64,000 nt of DNA, taken from the IMG/VR virus record IMGVR_UViG_3300047994_000374, positions 62,001 to 126,000 of that record; one strand, written 5' to 3'. Position 1 is the stretch's first letter, and each line of letters begins with the position of its first letter. The translations under genes and the position numbers were made by a program. Positions 19,913 to 29,159 of the stretch are shown here, piece after piece. The notes under the pieces were generated by a model. That model was not told the origin of the DNA. It worked only from the letters and a program-made list of their open reading frames with translations, and did no database searches.

Positions 19913-20110
19913 TTAAAGAGTGTAGGTCTTTACAGAGTAAGTGCCCGGTTTAATTCCGTTTGATTCAGCCCAAGCATGTGCATCCTTTTCTGAACGAAAT
20001 GCTCCGCGAGTCAAGGTGTTAAAGCGCCCGGTTGATTCGGTAGGGTGCCAGATCGAAGCGCCATATTTAGTGAAGTGTAATACAACCGAGAAGTACTTGG
20101 AGTTGTTCAT
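19913..20110 (-). CDS. Hypothetical protein
   Basis: Box 25 nt upstream. Confidence 0.7.
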   Translation of the reverse strand: MNNSKYFSVVLHFTKYGASIWHPTESTGRFNTLTRGAFRSEKDAHAWAESNGIKPGTYSVKTYTL

Positions 20111-20143
20111 GTTATTGGCTCGTGTGAATGTATGAATGGGAAA

Positions 20144-20326
20144 TTATTTATAATGAGAAAGCGGAATGCCCAATTCCCAACTTGCCTCTGCTAATGTCTT
20201 CCCTAACCATACAACCTTACATGGAGAAACCCTACCATACCCATAGCGAGCCGGTCCTGCACCATCCAAAATCCAACCACGAATGATCGTCACTTTTGCC
20301 TTAATTTCTAATTCTCGCTGGGTCAT
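20144..20326 (-). CDS. Hypothetical protein
   Basis: ORF track; AAGGA upstream. Confidence 0.6.
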   Translation of the reverse strand: MTQRELEIKAKVTIIRGWILDGAGPARYGYGRVSPCKVVWLGKTLAEASWELGIPLSHYK

Positions 20327-20339
20327 TATGTATGTCCTT

Positions 20340-21239
20340 TTATATATCTACTTCCACACACACGTCATCGCTCGTATCCCCATATGAATCTGTATTCCCG
20401 TTACCCGTCCAATTCACCAGGTAATTGTCACCAAGCAAATTGCGCAGATCTTCAATTGCTTCATCACCCTCTTCTGGCGTATTACTCGGGAGCGCAATAA
20501 TCAAGTGTTCATCCGTCTCTTCCGTCGTATCATACCCTGCTTCTGACAATTTTTTAGCCGCTTCACTCAACAATTCCACACGACGTTTCTTTGTAATTTC
20601 ATCCGTATATTTTCCGGGCTCGTAAGAAACTGATTTCAAGCCTTGCTCACCAGTTTCAGGGTTTTGAGCCCATGTGTCCGTTACTCGCTCACAGCCACAA
20701 TGCATACATACCTCACGAATAATCACGCCTCCACCTTTCCCCCATACACCTGGATTCTCCTCAAGACCACCAAGAAGATCATAGGGGGATTGCCAGTCAT
20801 GATTCGTTTTTTCACACTCTGGCTCCTCAGGTTCAAGCGCAACTGTCGTTGAACCCTCTTCACCCGTTTCTTCGCAATACGCATAAATCGTACAAAAGAT
20901 AGTTCCGCGGTTAACATCATTATCGCACGAGCTTACATAATCCGAATAGTTCATATTCCCAGCGGCTTCAGACAAAGCCTCATCAACCGTTACAGCCTCA
21001 TAAGTGTGTCCCCAAGAATTTCCGGCTTCTCGAATTTCCCATGTGCGCTCTTCATCACTTTCAAGATAGTTTTCACGAGCCTCATCGCATGCTTTATTGG
21101 CATTATCAACAGCTCGACTATGTTCGCAGTTTTGGGTATCTTCACATTCACAGCTATCATAAGCTTCTTGTGCCTTTTCAAGAGACTCTTTTGCCAATTC
21201 ATACGCTTCAAATGCGGTCATTTCATTTTCTGAATTCAT
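20340..21239 (-). CDS. Highly acidic hypothetical protein with zinc-binding motifs
   Basis: 299 aa, D/E-rich; C...HDW...CxxCG; box 23 nt upstream. Confidence 0.8.
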   Translation of the reverse strand: MNSENEMTAFEAYELAKESLEKAQEAYDSCECEDTQNCEHSRAVDNANKACDEARENYLESDEERTWEIREAGNSWGHTYEAVTVDEALSEAAGNMNYSDYVSSCDNDVNRGTIFCTIYAYCEETGEEGSTTVALEPEEPECEKTNHDWQSPYDLLGGLEENPGVWGKGGGVIIREVCMHCGCERVTDTWAQNPETGEQGLKSVSYEPGKYTDEITKKRRVELLSEAAKKLSEAGYDTTEETDEHLIIALPSNTPEEGDEAIEDLRNLLGDNYLVNWTGNGNTDSYGDTSDDVCVEVDI

Positions 21240-21279
21240 ACTCTTATCCTCTTTTTTAATAAATGGGAGTTATTATTGT

Positions 21280-21540
21280 TTATTCATCTTGCGGGAAAGA
21301 ACTATGCCATTCCCCATGCAAAAATCGCTCTCCAATAATAATCAATTCTCGCGCTACTTCCCTAGGATTATTCGACTCAACCAATGCATGAGCTAATTCG
21401 TTTCCACGCTTGCCACTTGTAGATCCAGTCAAAAGAGCCGCAATATCAATCTTCAATCGTTTAATGGCATGGTTATCTTTTGCGACCTTGGACAGCTCTC
21501 GATTGATTGTGCCCGTGCTTCGCTGGTAGGGCTTGCTCAT
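21280..21540 (-). CDS. Hypothetical protein
   Basis: Box 25 nt upstream. Confidence 0.7.
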   Translation of the reverse strand: MSKPYQRSTGTINRELSKVAKDNHAIKRLKIDIAALLTGSTSGKRGNELAHALVESNNPREVARELIIIGERFLHGEWHSSFPQDE

Positions 21541-21576
21541 ATATTTACGTGTGCGCCTTTATGTAATGGGAAATTG

Positions 21577-21945
21577 TTATCTTGCTGCGGCATCAAAGTG
21601 ATCGGGAATCCAATTTCCAGAATCAATAGCAAGCTCGGAATGATACCCTTCGGGAAAGACTGGCACCATACCCGCTGAGCCGCAACGATAGTGCTCGGTC
21701 GTACTGTAGTCTTCTTTGGTGAAGTGTCGGAATTCAGGCACCGTTCCATATTCCAGTGCAGCGGTAATTTGAAACTCTTCCCAGTAGTCGGGAGAAATGT
21801 CCCAATCGCACTTGGTCATCACTTCTACGAGCCTGAGCAATTCTTGTGCCGAGTGCCTGAAATTAAAGCTCTCGTTGCAATTGTCCAGGATACTAGCAGC
21901 CATCCTGAGTTGTTCAATGCCTTTGAGCTTGCTATAGTCGATCAT
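21577..21945 (-). CDS. Hypothetical protein
   Basis: Box 24 nt upstream. Confidence 0.7.
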   Translation of the reverse strand: MIDYSKLKGIEQLRMAASILDNCNESFNFRHSAQELLRLVEVMTKCDWDISPDYWEEFQITAALEYGTVPEFRHFTKEDYSTTEHYRCGSAGMVPVFPEGYHSELAIDSGNWIPDHFDAAAR

Positions 21946-21980
21946 AATATTATCTTTCTTTTATATTGAATGGGAATTGT

Positions 21981-22256
21981 TTAGAGCTTGATTGCGAGGA
22001 CGACTTTTTGATTGCCATCCTGATCTTTACGGGTTTTTCCAGCTGCAATCGCGATGCACATTCCGGTAGCAGCAAACGTTCCACTATCACCAAACACAAC
22101 GGCTCGGATGCAAGAGTGAACGACATTGCAGGCGAATTGTTCTCGCTCCTCTTCCGTTCGATCTTTGATGAAAGGATTATTATTTTTAATCCAATCAATC
22201 ACCGCATCATACTCAGTGCACGAATCAACCAGACCTTTATACCAGGAGTCTCTCAT
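21981..22256 (-). CDS. Hypothetical protein
   Basis: Box 25 nt upstream; first gene after the promoter at 22319-22354. Confidence 0.7.
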   Translation of the reverse strand: MRDSWYKGLVDSCTEYDAVIDWIKNNNPFIKDRTEEEREQFACNVVHSCIRAVVFGDSGTFAATGMCIAIAAGKTRKDQDGNQKVVLAIKL

Positions 22257-22318
22257 ATCTTAGGTTGGCTTTATATATTAAATGGGAATTGGGATAGGGG
22301 GTTTTCGTCTGGGGCTTG

Positions 22319-22354
22319 CGGCAAGGCTTTTGCATATTAGCAATCTCTATACCA
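22319..22354 (-). promoter_or_regulatory. Face-to-face sigma54-type elements
   Basis: Minus TGGTATAGAGATTGCT; plus CGGCAAGGCTTTTGCA; both GG-N10-GC. Confidence 0.75.
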
Positions 22355-22368
22355 TGAAGCCCAAACGT

Positions 22369-22417
22369 AAAAAAAATATCCCCAACCTATAAACAGACTG
22401 GGGATAACTTTTTTTTT
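22369..22417. terminator. Bidirectional intrinsic terminator
   Basis: A8-TATCCCCA...TGGGGATA-T9. Confidence 0.75.
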
Positions 22418-22488
22418 ATGTGGATCGATCATATCATATGCGGATTGTTTTTAGTGAATGGGAAAGCCTGTTTTCTTTTTAGGTTAGT

Positions 22489-22523
22489 TGGTATGTATTG
22501 TGGATATTGCAAACGCTATGCCA
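22489..22523 (-). promoter_or_regulatory. Sigma54-type promoter with degenerate mirror element
   Basis: Minus TGGCATAGCGTTTGCA; plus TGGTATGTATTGTGG. Confidence 0.75.
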
Positions 22524-22542
22524 GTAATACAACAGGCAAAAG

Positions 22543-22569
22543 AAAAGCCCTACCATTACAGTAGAGCTT
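22543..22569 (-). terminator. Intrinsic terminator
   Basis: AAAAGCCCTACCATTACAGTAGAGCTT. Confidence 0.6.
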
Positions 22570-22682
22570 CAATGAATTAGATCCTCAGCCGCGATCTTCC
22601 TATACTTCTTTCTATTGTTTAAATGAGAATGAGCCGTGATGCTTAAGGTGCCTAGGATAACGGGTAAGATCCATGGTCAAGC

Positions 22683-22886
22683 TCACTTACACGCATACAC
22701 GCCACTAACTACACTACAATGAACATGCAGGGAGTATGCCACAGGTTTATCATGGATCTTGATAGTGCTGCTTTTATTATCGGCGTAGCTCCCCTGAACA
22801 TTCAAAGACGATTGAATGTCTTTGGTTTGAACGACATAATACCCGAGCCCGAGAACCGCTGCAACTACTACCATGAGAGTTTTCAT
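22683..22886 (-). CDS. Small membrane-anchored/secreted protein
   Basis: Hydrophobic N-terminus; box 28 nt upstream. Confidence 0.65.
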   Translation of the reverse strand: MKTLMVVVAAVLGLGYYVVQTKDIQSSLNVQGSYADNKSSTIKIHDKPVAYSLHVHCSVVSGVYACK

Positions 22887-22944
22887 TGTATGTATATCCT
22901 TGTGTGTGCGTTAGATGGGAATTGTTTATTATTGGGACGAAGCT

Positions 22945-23220
22945 TTAATGCTCGTTTGGTTTTTCGACTTCTTTACAGCAAGCTTCATAGGCTTTAGAGA
23001 ATTCCAGCCCGCTTTCAGAGCCGGTAAGAGAGGCGATCTTACTCGAGTATAAAACGCAAATGGGATGCCGGTTTAAAACATCCGTAGAAAAACCAGGCTC
23101 ACTCGAAAGGACGGCACGAAGATCTGTAATCGCTCGTGAGAAGGAATGAATTACACCGCTGGCATTACAAGCCATTTGGCAATCCAAAGCATCTTGTGAA
23201 AGCTCTTTAATCGTTTTCAT
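22945..23220 (-). CDS. Hypothetical phage protein
   Basis: Box 25 nt upstream. Confidence 0.75.
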   Translation of the reverse strand: MKTIKELSQDALDCQMACNASGVIHSFSRAITDLRAVLSSEPGFSTDVLNRHPICVLYSSKIASLTGSESGLEFSKAYEACCKEVEKPNEH

Positions 23221-23255
23221 TGTATTAGCCTTTTCTTATTTTTAAATGGGATTGT

Positions 23256-23525
23256 TTAGCGGTAGAAGGTACAGTTAGGGAGAAGAGCTTTAGCAGCCTC
23301 ACGAGATGGCGCTCGAAAGTAAACCTCGACACCGTTTTCGTTCCAAGCGCAAAACATGTAGGAGCCTCTTACCCAGCCCCAATAAGCGCCACCTTGATCA
23401 TAGTCGCCGTTCAGAGGCATATAGCGAAGATGAACCTTGCCCATAAGCTCGGTTGGTTTACAGTCCGATTGACGACCCATAGGAGCGCCGTACTTACTAC
23501 TTACGTTTCGTTTGAAGGGGAGCAT
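23256..23525 (-). CDS. Hypothetical phage protein (YGAPMGR...YDxGGAYWG motif)
   Basis: Box 25 nt upstream. Confidence 0.75.
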   Translation of the reverse strand: MLPFKRNVSSKYGAPMGRQSDCKPTELMGKVHLRYMPLNGDYDQGGAYWGWVRGSYMFCAWNENGVEVYFRAPSREAAKALLPNCTFYR

Positions 23526-23587
23526 AGTATATGTTTATTCTTATTGGTAAATGGGAAGGGGTTTAGTTTTTTATTTGGCAAGGCTTA

Positions 23588-23622
23588 TGGCACAATAATC
23601 TCATATAGCAAAACTTGATCCA
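23588..23622 (-). promoter_or_regulatory. Sigma54-type promoter with mirror element
   Basis: Minus TGGATCAAGTTTTGCT; plus TGGCACAATAATCTC. Confidence 0.7.
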
Positions 23623-23639
23623 TATATTCAAAGGACAAT

Positions 23640-23669
23640 AAAAAAGCCCGACCATTACAGTCAGGCTTT
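23640..23669 (-). terminator. Intrinsic terminator
   Basis: A6-GCCCGACCATTACAGTCAGGCTTT. Confidence 0.7.
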
Positions 23670-23678
23670 AATTACAGT

Positions 23679-23969
23679 TCAGATGTCAAGGGCGCAAAAC
23701 TGTTTGACCAAGATCTTGTGCTTGTAAACTTTGCACCAAGGACCACGACGAAACCAGCGCCCCGGACCACCATAAGAATCATACCAGCCCGTCAAGTCTT
23801 GTGCCAATTCGTTACGATCGGTCTCTTCATCAATCGGACCATAAACCGCCTCGACCGCTTTACGATCGTAGATGGCAATATGAGTGCAGGATTCGCCATC
23901 ATCATTAACTGTGCCAGACTTCAAGGGATTAATTGAGGGAAGGTCGACATATTCTTTATCGTGGCTCAT
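23679..23969 (-). CDS. Hypothetical protein
   Basis: Box 24 nt upstream. Confidence 0.7.
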   Translation of the reverse strand: MSHDKEYVDLPSINPLKSGTVNDDGESCTHIAIYDRKAVEAVYGPIDEETDRNELAQDLTGWYDSYGGPGRWFRRGPWCKVYKHKILVKQFCALDI

Positions 23970-24004
23970 ATGATTACCTGTCCTTAATATTAAATGGGAA
24001 TTGT

Positions 24005-24295
24005 TTAGCGTCCAATTTCAGTAATAAACTTTAGAGCTTGGCGCTTGGTGCTGAATTGCTGAAACTTTGAAGCCGTGTCAATGCTACCATCGGCATTAGC
24101 AAAGCGGACCGTAAAGAGGCGAGGCGAGCCATCATCGAATCGTTCCGAGGTAATGAAGTAACGACCAAAGTAGATCGGATTATACACGATCGACTTGAAA
24201 AAGCGCATGGTGTCTTTTGAAAACCAGTGCCCGCCAGAAGCCTTGTTTGCTTCCTGAATTTCGCGCATCGTATTGTAAACTTTGGGAGTGGGCAT
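24005..24295 (-). CDS. Hypothetical phage protein (WFSxDTMRFF motif)
   Basis: Start reassigned to ATG 24295, 24 nt after the box. Confidence 0.75.
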   Translation of the reverse strand: MPTPKVYNTMREIQEANKASGGHWFSKDTMRFFKSIVYNPIYFGRYFITSERFDDGSPRLFTVRFANADGSIDTASKFQQFSTKRQALKFITEIGR

Positions 24296-24522
24296 AATAT
24301 TCTCGCTATTGTTTATTAAATGGGAATTAGAATGCCCAGTACTTACAGCGATCGCAAGTATCATCACCAGGGTTTTGCGCCCCTAGGGAATGCTTACAGT
24401 GTTTGCAGGTAGGCTTAGGAATAGGGAGCCCATAACTATCGATTGCTTTTTTCGGGATAAGAAGCATATCCTTTGATTGTCTAATGTGGTAAATGGGAAT
24501 TTGGATCCTTGGTTTGGGCTTG

Positions 24523-24557
24523 TGGCGAGCTTATTGCTTTTTGCAAACATCATACCA
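24523..24557 (-). promoter_or_regulatory. Face-to-face sigma54-type elements
   Basis: Minus TGGTATGATGTTTGCA; plus TGGCGAGCTTATTGCT. Confidence 0.75.
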
Positions 24558-24574
24558 TATAACCAACTGACAAT

Positions 24575-24607
24575 AAAAAACCCGATCCATTATAGACCGG
24601 GTTTTTT
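24575..24607. terminator. Bidirectional intrinsic terminator
   Basis: A6-CCCGATC...GACCGGG-T6. Confidence 0.7.
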
Positions 24608-24877
24608 ATGCGGAGCGCCAACCATTCCTTTAAGTCGTCGTCGTGAGCATTGCCAGCTTGACAAGTATATCGTTTTATTTACAGCCCCATCACAATATAG
24701 GTTAAGAGAAACATACTGATACAACAGAGCACGCCACTAAAGACTTCATGTGCCATCATTCGTTTATCGTCGTTCATGTTATTACCTATTGAGATTATTA
24801 AAAGCCCTCTAACCCAAAAGATGAGCTAGAAGGCTTTAAAGAGTTAGATAAGGGCGATCCTAGTAAATTACAGGGAA

Positions 24878-25114
24878 TTACAGGGTAGAATATACGCGAC
24901 CCTTGGACCATACGCCCATCATTGACCCATCGCTTTGCTTTACCCCGACCCATTGCCATTCTTGAACGAACGCTAAATGATCCGCGAGGCTTGCACATTC
25001 AAGAGCCACTCGTTTATCCTTACGAAAGTCTCCGATGCGTTCATGGGTCGCGAGCGAATAAACCCCGAACGTCCGACCTTTCAAAGCTTTAACCGTTTGC
25101 ATAGTTATCTCCAA
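24878..25114 (-). CDS. Hypothetical protein
   Basis: ORF track; box upstream (likely start 25102). Confidence 0.6.
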   Translation of the reverse strand: MEITMQTVKALKGRTFGVYSLATHERIGDFRKDKRVALECASLADHLAFVQEWQWVGVKQSDGSMMGVWSKGRVYSTL

Positions 25115-25215
25115 TGGTATAGATTAAATGGGAAATGTTTGTGGCATGTTTATAATCGATTCTACGCTTTTTAAGGCTCCACGATTATTAACTTTATACA
25201 ATAACTCGAAGCTAT

Positions 25216-25231
25216 TGCAATGATAGTGCCA
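25216..25231 (-). promoter_or_regulatory. Consensus sigma54-type promoter (no mirror element)
   Basis: Minus TGGCACTATCATTGCA = TGGCAC-N5-TTGCA. Confidence 0.75.
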
Positions 25232-25260
25232 CAGCTATCCTAAAACCTTTACTCCCCTAA

Positions 25261-25455
25261 TCAATTGTAGGAATGGGAAAGATTAAAAACTTCGACCTTG
25301 AGCTTTCGTTCTGAGAAGTCTGAATAGGTCTCTTCCAATTCCCCGACCTTTGATTCCCAATATTCCCGAACCTCATTATCAGATCCACCTCCACTGTAAA
25401 GGGTCAGGAGGTTCATCTTGATCTCTTGAGCGAGCTTCTTATAATTCGTTTTCAT
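25261..25455 (-). CDS. Hypothetical protein
   Basis: Start reassigned to ATG 25455, 24 nt after the box. Confidence 0.65.
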   Translation of the reverse strand: MKTNYKKLAQEIKMNLLTLYSGGGSDNEVREYWESKVGELEETYSDFSERKLKVEVFNLSHSYN

Positions 25456-25499
25456 GATATACCCTATGGTAAATGTTAAATGGGAATTGTTTATAGGGC

Positions 25500-25694
25500 T
25501 TAATCTTTTTCCGTGCCACGCAAAAGATTGACCGCGCTCCAAAACCCATCATCAAAGCCCGCAAGGATATCGGCGACCTGTTTCTTTTTGAGCAATCCTT
25601 TTTCTAAATGGGATTGCAATTGAAGCTCATAGTTCTTTAGTGTCTCTTCCCGGATTCTCAAAACCTCAGATCGTTTCATTAGAGTATCCTCCAC
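25500..25694 (-). CDS. Hypothetical protein
   Basis: ORF track; likely start 25679 with GGAGG upstream. Confidence 0.65.
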   Translation of the reverse strand: MEDTLMKRSEVLRIREETLKNYELQLQSHLEKGLLKKKQVADILAGFDDGFWSAVNLLRGTEKD

Positions 25695-26087
25695 GAATGA
25701 ATAGTAAATGGGAAATAAGGAAGTTAGGCGTAAAGATTACTTAGTGGCTTTATAACCAAGAGCCATGCCAGCGACGAAACTACACATAACCCATGTCACG
25801 ACAACCGAGCCGAGTGTAAAAGCAACGCCCTGGACAAAATGCGACGTGAGGCCTGCGAGCGACAATCCAACGAGTAGAGCGATAATGATCTTCATGATAT
25901 CTCCTATAGGTATTATTAAATGGGAATTGTTTACTTTGAATTCATGCGGCGGATAATAAACTGAAGGACCGCATTCGCTTGTTTCATCTGGTTGAGTTTT
26001 AAAACGAAACCGTTCTTTTCGATCTGGCTCATATCCTTTTCTTATTCTTTTGATGAAATGGGAAATGCTCGTGTGTGTGGGTCTATG

Positions 26088-26122
26088 TGGCTGGCTCTTT
26101 GCTTATTGCACAACCCATACCA
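26088..26122 (-). promoter_or_regulatory. Face-to-face sigma54-type elements
   Basis: Minus TGGTATGGGTTGTGCA; plus TGGCTGGCTCTTTGCT. Confidence 0.7.
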
Positions 26123-26138
26123 CTTATCCACTGGACAT

Positions 26139-26175
26139 AAAAAAATCCCGATCAACTTAATGACCGGGATCCTTT
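26139..26175 (-). terminator. Intrinsic terminator
   Basis: A7-TCCCGATCA...TGACCGGGAT. Confidence 0.65.
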
Positions 26176-26713
26176 ACCTCACACTCCCGCCAAACTCAAA
26201 ACCTTATTGATCTCTTTCTCATAATCAGCCGCGGCGCCTTTAAGCCCCACCTTCTTTGCGGTTGCTGCCTGTTTACGAAGAAGCTCAACTCGGATGAAAA
26301 CTTGTGCATTGGTCATAGTAGTAGTAATATCCTTTGGTTATTATTAAATGGGATTATGGTTTAGATTGCACTTTACAAAGACTTTACGTACTCTTTTGAT
26401 CCATCCTGGTATTCAATGATCAAGACTTTATTACGATAATCTTGCGTCCTCCACTTCTTAACTTCTTTTGAGTCAACCTTCATGCCCGGTTCAAAAGTTC
26501 CAGGTCGCACCATTCGATCCATGATATCCTCCAAGGTTAATGATTAAATGGGAAAATGATATTATGAAACCACTGTAATTTAAGTATAGAACTGTTGTCT
26601 TTAAAAACCGCCCCTACAATCGATTATTAAAAGAAAAAGATATACTGACAAGGATCAGATCAAAAGCTCGTCTCAATTCATTTTCGCGACTGGAAACGGC
26701 ATATACTAATAAT

Positions 26714-26899
26714 TCAGCGAGCCGTTACTTTACCCGTAAGACATGCGAGATCAAAGCGCTCCTGAGAAAACTTAGGATTGTCTTGTCGAAAGAATACGGA
26801 GAAGCTGTCAATCAAAAGTCGAAGCTCATCAGGGGAAGCTCCACACTTCTTATGGTTGTGGATGATAGAGGCTGCGGCGATCATATGAGTTTTCGTCAT
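26714..26899 (-). CDS. Small protein, duplicate of 27680-27868
   Basis: DNPKFSQxRFDLACLTGKVTAR shared. Confidence 0.75.
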   Translation of the reverse strand: MTKTHMIAAASIIHNHKKCGASPDELRLLIDSFSVFFRQDNPKFSQERFDLACLTGKVTAR

Positions 26900-26958
26900 T
26901 GTAGTTATTATGGGGTTATTGTATTAAATGGGAATTGGGTTATTAGGGATTATGGGTC

Positions 26959-26994
26959 TGGTATAGGGTTTGCTTAATTGCGAATACTATGCCA
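26959..26994 (-). promoter_or_regulatory. Face-to-face sigma54-type elements
   Basis: Minus TGGCATAGTATTCGCA; plus TGGTATAGGGTTTGCT. Confidence 0.75.
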
Positions 26995-27013
26995 TTTGAC
27001 TTTTTACAACTAT

Positions 27014-27041
27014 AAAGAGCCCATAAACAACAGGGCTCTTT
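27014..27041. terminator. Intrinsic terminator
   Basis: AAAGAGCCC...GGGCTCTTT. Confidence 0.65.
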
Positions 27042-27055
27042 ATATAAACCACGCT

Positions 27056-27643
27056 TCAATTACAAGGGCAGGTAACTTTCCTAAGAGAGCAGTATTGATC
27101 CAAGTCGGCACAAGTAGGAGAATGTGCCGCGGTAGGGTAATCGGGATTCATCAAAGTACCTGATCCGGTATGCTTCAATCCGCAAGCGTGCCCCGTTTCA
27201 TGAGCAATGCTAACCGAATACATATCAGAATCGACGTCTGACATATTCTGCAGATAGATAGTGGCTCCTATCTGATCTGGCGAATAAGAGTCATTATACT
27301 CGTAGGATTCAAGCTCACCTTGAACCGAAGTGTAGGCAATGGTCCCACTATCACCATGCGCCACAATGTTAGCCTTAGTATCTTTACGGATCACAATCGT
27401 TGACCAACCTACATGAGCCTCATTAGGCAAAGAAAAAGCCGGAACGATCGTATAACTAAAAACCGGACCATCTTTGAATTGTGACCAGGATGACATCTCT
27501 GATTCAATAACGCTCACCTCTTCCGAAGAAAAGTCGCTTGAGATCTGGACATCATAACCACCAGGCAATCCCGACTCAGCGGCACAACCAACTGAGCCAA
27601 TTGCGAAGGAGCCGAGAACCGTCATCATCAAGAGCGTTTTCAT
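27056..27643 (-). CDS. Lipoprotein metzincin (matrixin-like) metalloprotease
   Basis: Lipobox SVGC; HETGHACGLKH plus LMNP. Confidence 0.8.
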   Translation of the reverse strand: MKTLLMMTVLGSFAIGSVGCAAESGLPGGYDVQISSDFSSEEVSVIESEMSSWSQFKDGPVFSYTIVPAFSLPNEAHVGWSTIVIRKDTKANIVAHGDSGTIAYTSVQGELESYEYNDSYSPDQIGATIYLQNMSDVDSDMYSVSIAHETGHACGLKHTGSGTLMNPDYPTAAHSPTCADLDQYCSLRKVTCPCN

Positions 27644-27679
27644 TATTGATTAGCCTTTTAGTTATATTGAATATGGGAA

Positions 27680-27868
27680 TTAGCGAGCCGTAACTTTACC
27701 CGTAAGACATGCGAGATCAAACCGATCTTGGGAAAACTTCGGGTTATCGTTACGGAAGAGGGTAGAGAAGCTGTCGATCAAAAGTCGTACCTGTTTATCT
27801 GTTGCACCATTCTTCTTGTGGTTGTGGATGATGGCAGCGGCTTCAATCATAAACTTTTTGGTTAGCAT
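27680..27868 (-). CDS. Small protein, duplicate of 26714-26899
   Basis: High protein and DNA identity to 26714-26899. Confidence 0.75.
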   Translation of the reverse strand: MLTKKFMIEAAAIIHNHKKNGATDKQVRLLIDSFSTLFRNDNPKFSQDRFDLACLTGKVTAR

Positions 27869-27935
27869 GGTGGTAGTGATTGGGGTTTATTGTTTATTGA
27901 ATGGGAATTGTAATAGCTCTTTGGTTCTGGTATTG

Positions 27936-27971
27936 TGGATCGGATCATGTAATATAGTAAACACTATACCA
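27936..27971 (-). promoter_or_regulatory. Degenerate face-to-face sigma54-type elements
   Basis: Minus TGGTATAGTGTTTACT; plus TGGATCGGATCATGT; same position in the cassette as the others. Confidence 0.55.
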
Positions 27972-27988
27972 ACCATACGCAAGACAAT

Positions 27989-28018
27989 AAAAAGCCCCGA
28001 CCATTACAGTAGGGCTTT
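27989..28018 (-). terminator. Intrinsic terminator
   Basis: A5-GCCCCGACCATTACAGTAGGGCTTT. Confidence 0.65.
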
Positions 28019-28026
28019 AGAACAAT

Positions 28027-28230
28027 TCAATCGATCGTCAGTTCCCCCATGATCAATGCATTCTCCGTGCCAATAACCGTATCCTCTTCGCAAGCCTCGC
28101 AATGATAATCCTCAGCGTCCGGCTCGACACCACCGCAAGTGAATTCATTGCAGGTAGTACAATGCCCGTCGTATTCTTCGGCAGTAATCGTTTTCATGAT
28201 CATTATCCTTTTTATTATAATCACATACAT
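28027..28230 (-). CDS. Zinc-ribbon protein, paralog of 15360-15551
   Basis: EFTCGGVEPDAE...CEAC...GTENAL shared. Confidence 0.7.
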   Translation of the reverse strand: MYVIIIKRIMIMKTITAEEYDGHCTTCNEFTCGGVEPDAEDYHCEACEEDTVIGTENALIMGELTID

Positions 28231-28234
28231 ACAC

Positions 28235-28468
28235 TTACACGCATAGCTTACTTATAGTGGGGGAAAAGCTAAACACTTGAACCATCGTAGAAGACTTCAA
28301 TCCAAGGATCGTTTCAACTCCACTGGAACTTTTGGCAGCAATCTTGGTATAGTTTCCTTTATCCGTGGAGATGTCGCGAATGTCCTCCACCATATATTCC
28401 GTGCCAAGAAAGATAAAGCGGACCCCAACATCTAATTCAGAGCTTCGTCGGTTGAGCATCATAACCAT
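28235..28468 (-). CDS. Hypothetical protein
   Basis: Box upstream; first gene of a cassette. Confidence 0.65.
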   Translation of the reverse strand: MVMMLNRRSSELDVGVRFIFLGTEYMVEDIRDISTDKGNYTKIAAKSSSGVETILGLKSSTMVQVFSFSPTISKLCV

Positions 28469-28515
28469 ACCCTATTCTTATAAGTAATGGGAAACGAGAA
28501 ACTCTTTGGTGCGCG

Positions 28516-28551
28516 TGGTATAAGGATTGTATAATAGCAAAGCTCATGCCA
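28516..28551 (-). promoter_or_regulatory. Face-to-face sigma54-type elements
   Basis: Minus TGGCATGAGCTTTGCT; plus TGGTATAAGGATTGTA. Confidence 0.75.
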
Positions 28552-28567
28552 TACAATCAAACCACAT

Positions 28568-28594
28568 AAAAAGCCCGGCAATAAAAGCCGGGCT
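28568..28594 (-). terminator. Intrinsic terminator
   Basis: A5-GCCCGGC...GCCGGGCT. Confidence 0.75.
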
Positions 28595-28607
28595 CTCTTA
28601 TGCTACG

Positions 28608-28796
28608 CTAAAAGACGTTAGGTGCGCACCACAACTCTATAGTGTCGTTCAAGCTTTCGAGCGCGCGGGAACGATCCTGATCGGTAGATAACGGATCGTA
28701 TTGCGTCGCGTTATAGTGATTGATTGCGTCTAACAGATCTTCGGCTCCGGTCAAAAGCATTCTCCGCAAACGTATAACCTTCTCAGTTGGTTTCAT
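28608..28796 (-). CDS. Hypothetical protein
   Basis: ORF track; GGAG upstream. Confidence 0.6.
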   Translation of the reverse strand: MKPTEKVIRLRRMLLTGAEDLLDAINHYNATQYDPLSTDQDRSRALESLNDTIELWCAPNVF

Positions 28797-28823
28797 GTTA
28801 TCTCCACAATAGTTATAGCTTTT

Positions 28824-29018
28824 TCATGATTCTTCTGAATCCTTGAAGGATCCATCGCTCCACAAGAAAACACCCGTGTAAGTCATTGCTTGCCCATCAT
28901 TATCAACATCATCACCTTCCCCGTAGATAATCAATTGCCCATAATTATCTCGCTCCAAAGAAAGGGGATCCGCACCATCAAGAAGATCATTCAACTCTTT
29001 TTTCGTGTATGTTTTCAT
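28824..29018 (-). CDS. Small acidic protein, paralog of 11160-11342
   Basis: Start reassigned to ATG 29018 after the box and AGGAG. Confidence 0.7.
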   Translation of the reverse strand: MKTYTKKELNDLLDGADPLSLERDNYGQLIIYGEGDDVDNDGQAMTYTGVFLWSDGSFKDSEES

Positions 29019-29071
29019 GGCATCTCTCCTAATCTTTTGAGGTAAATGGGAATAGCTTTTATTAGGGTAAC

Positions 29072-29106
29072 CGGCTTGTTTTTTGCTATTAGCTATAATC
29101 ATACCC
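29072..29106 (-). promoter_or_regulatory. Face-to-face sigma54-type elements
   Basis: Minus GGGTATGATTATAGCT; plus CGGCTTGTTTTTTGCT. Confidence 0.6.
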
Positions 29107-29123
29107 ACTATCTTTTGCCCAAT

Positions 29124-29159
29124 AAAAAAGCCGATCCCTTTCGAGACCGACTTCTTTTC
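29124..29159 (-). terminator. Intrinsic terminator
   Basis: A6-GCCGATC...GACCGAC-TTCTTTT. Confidence 0.55.
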
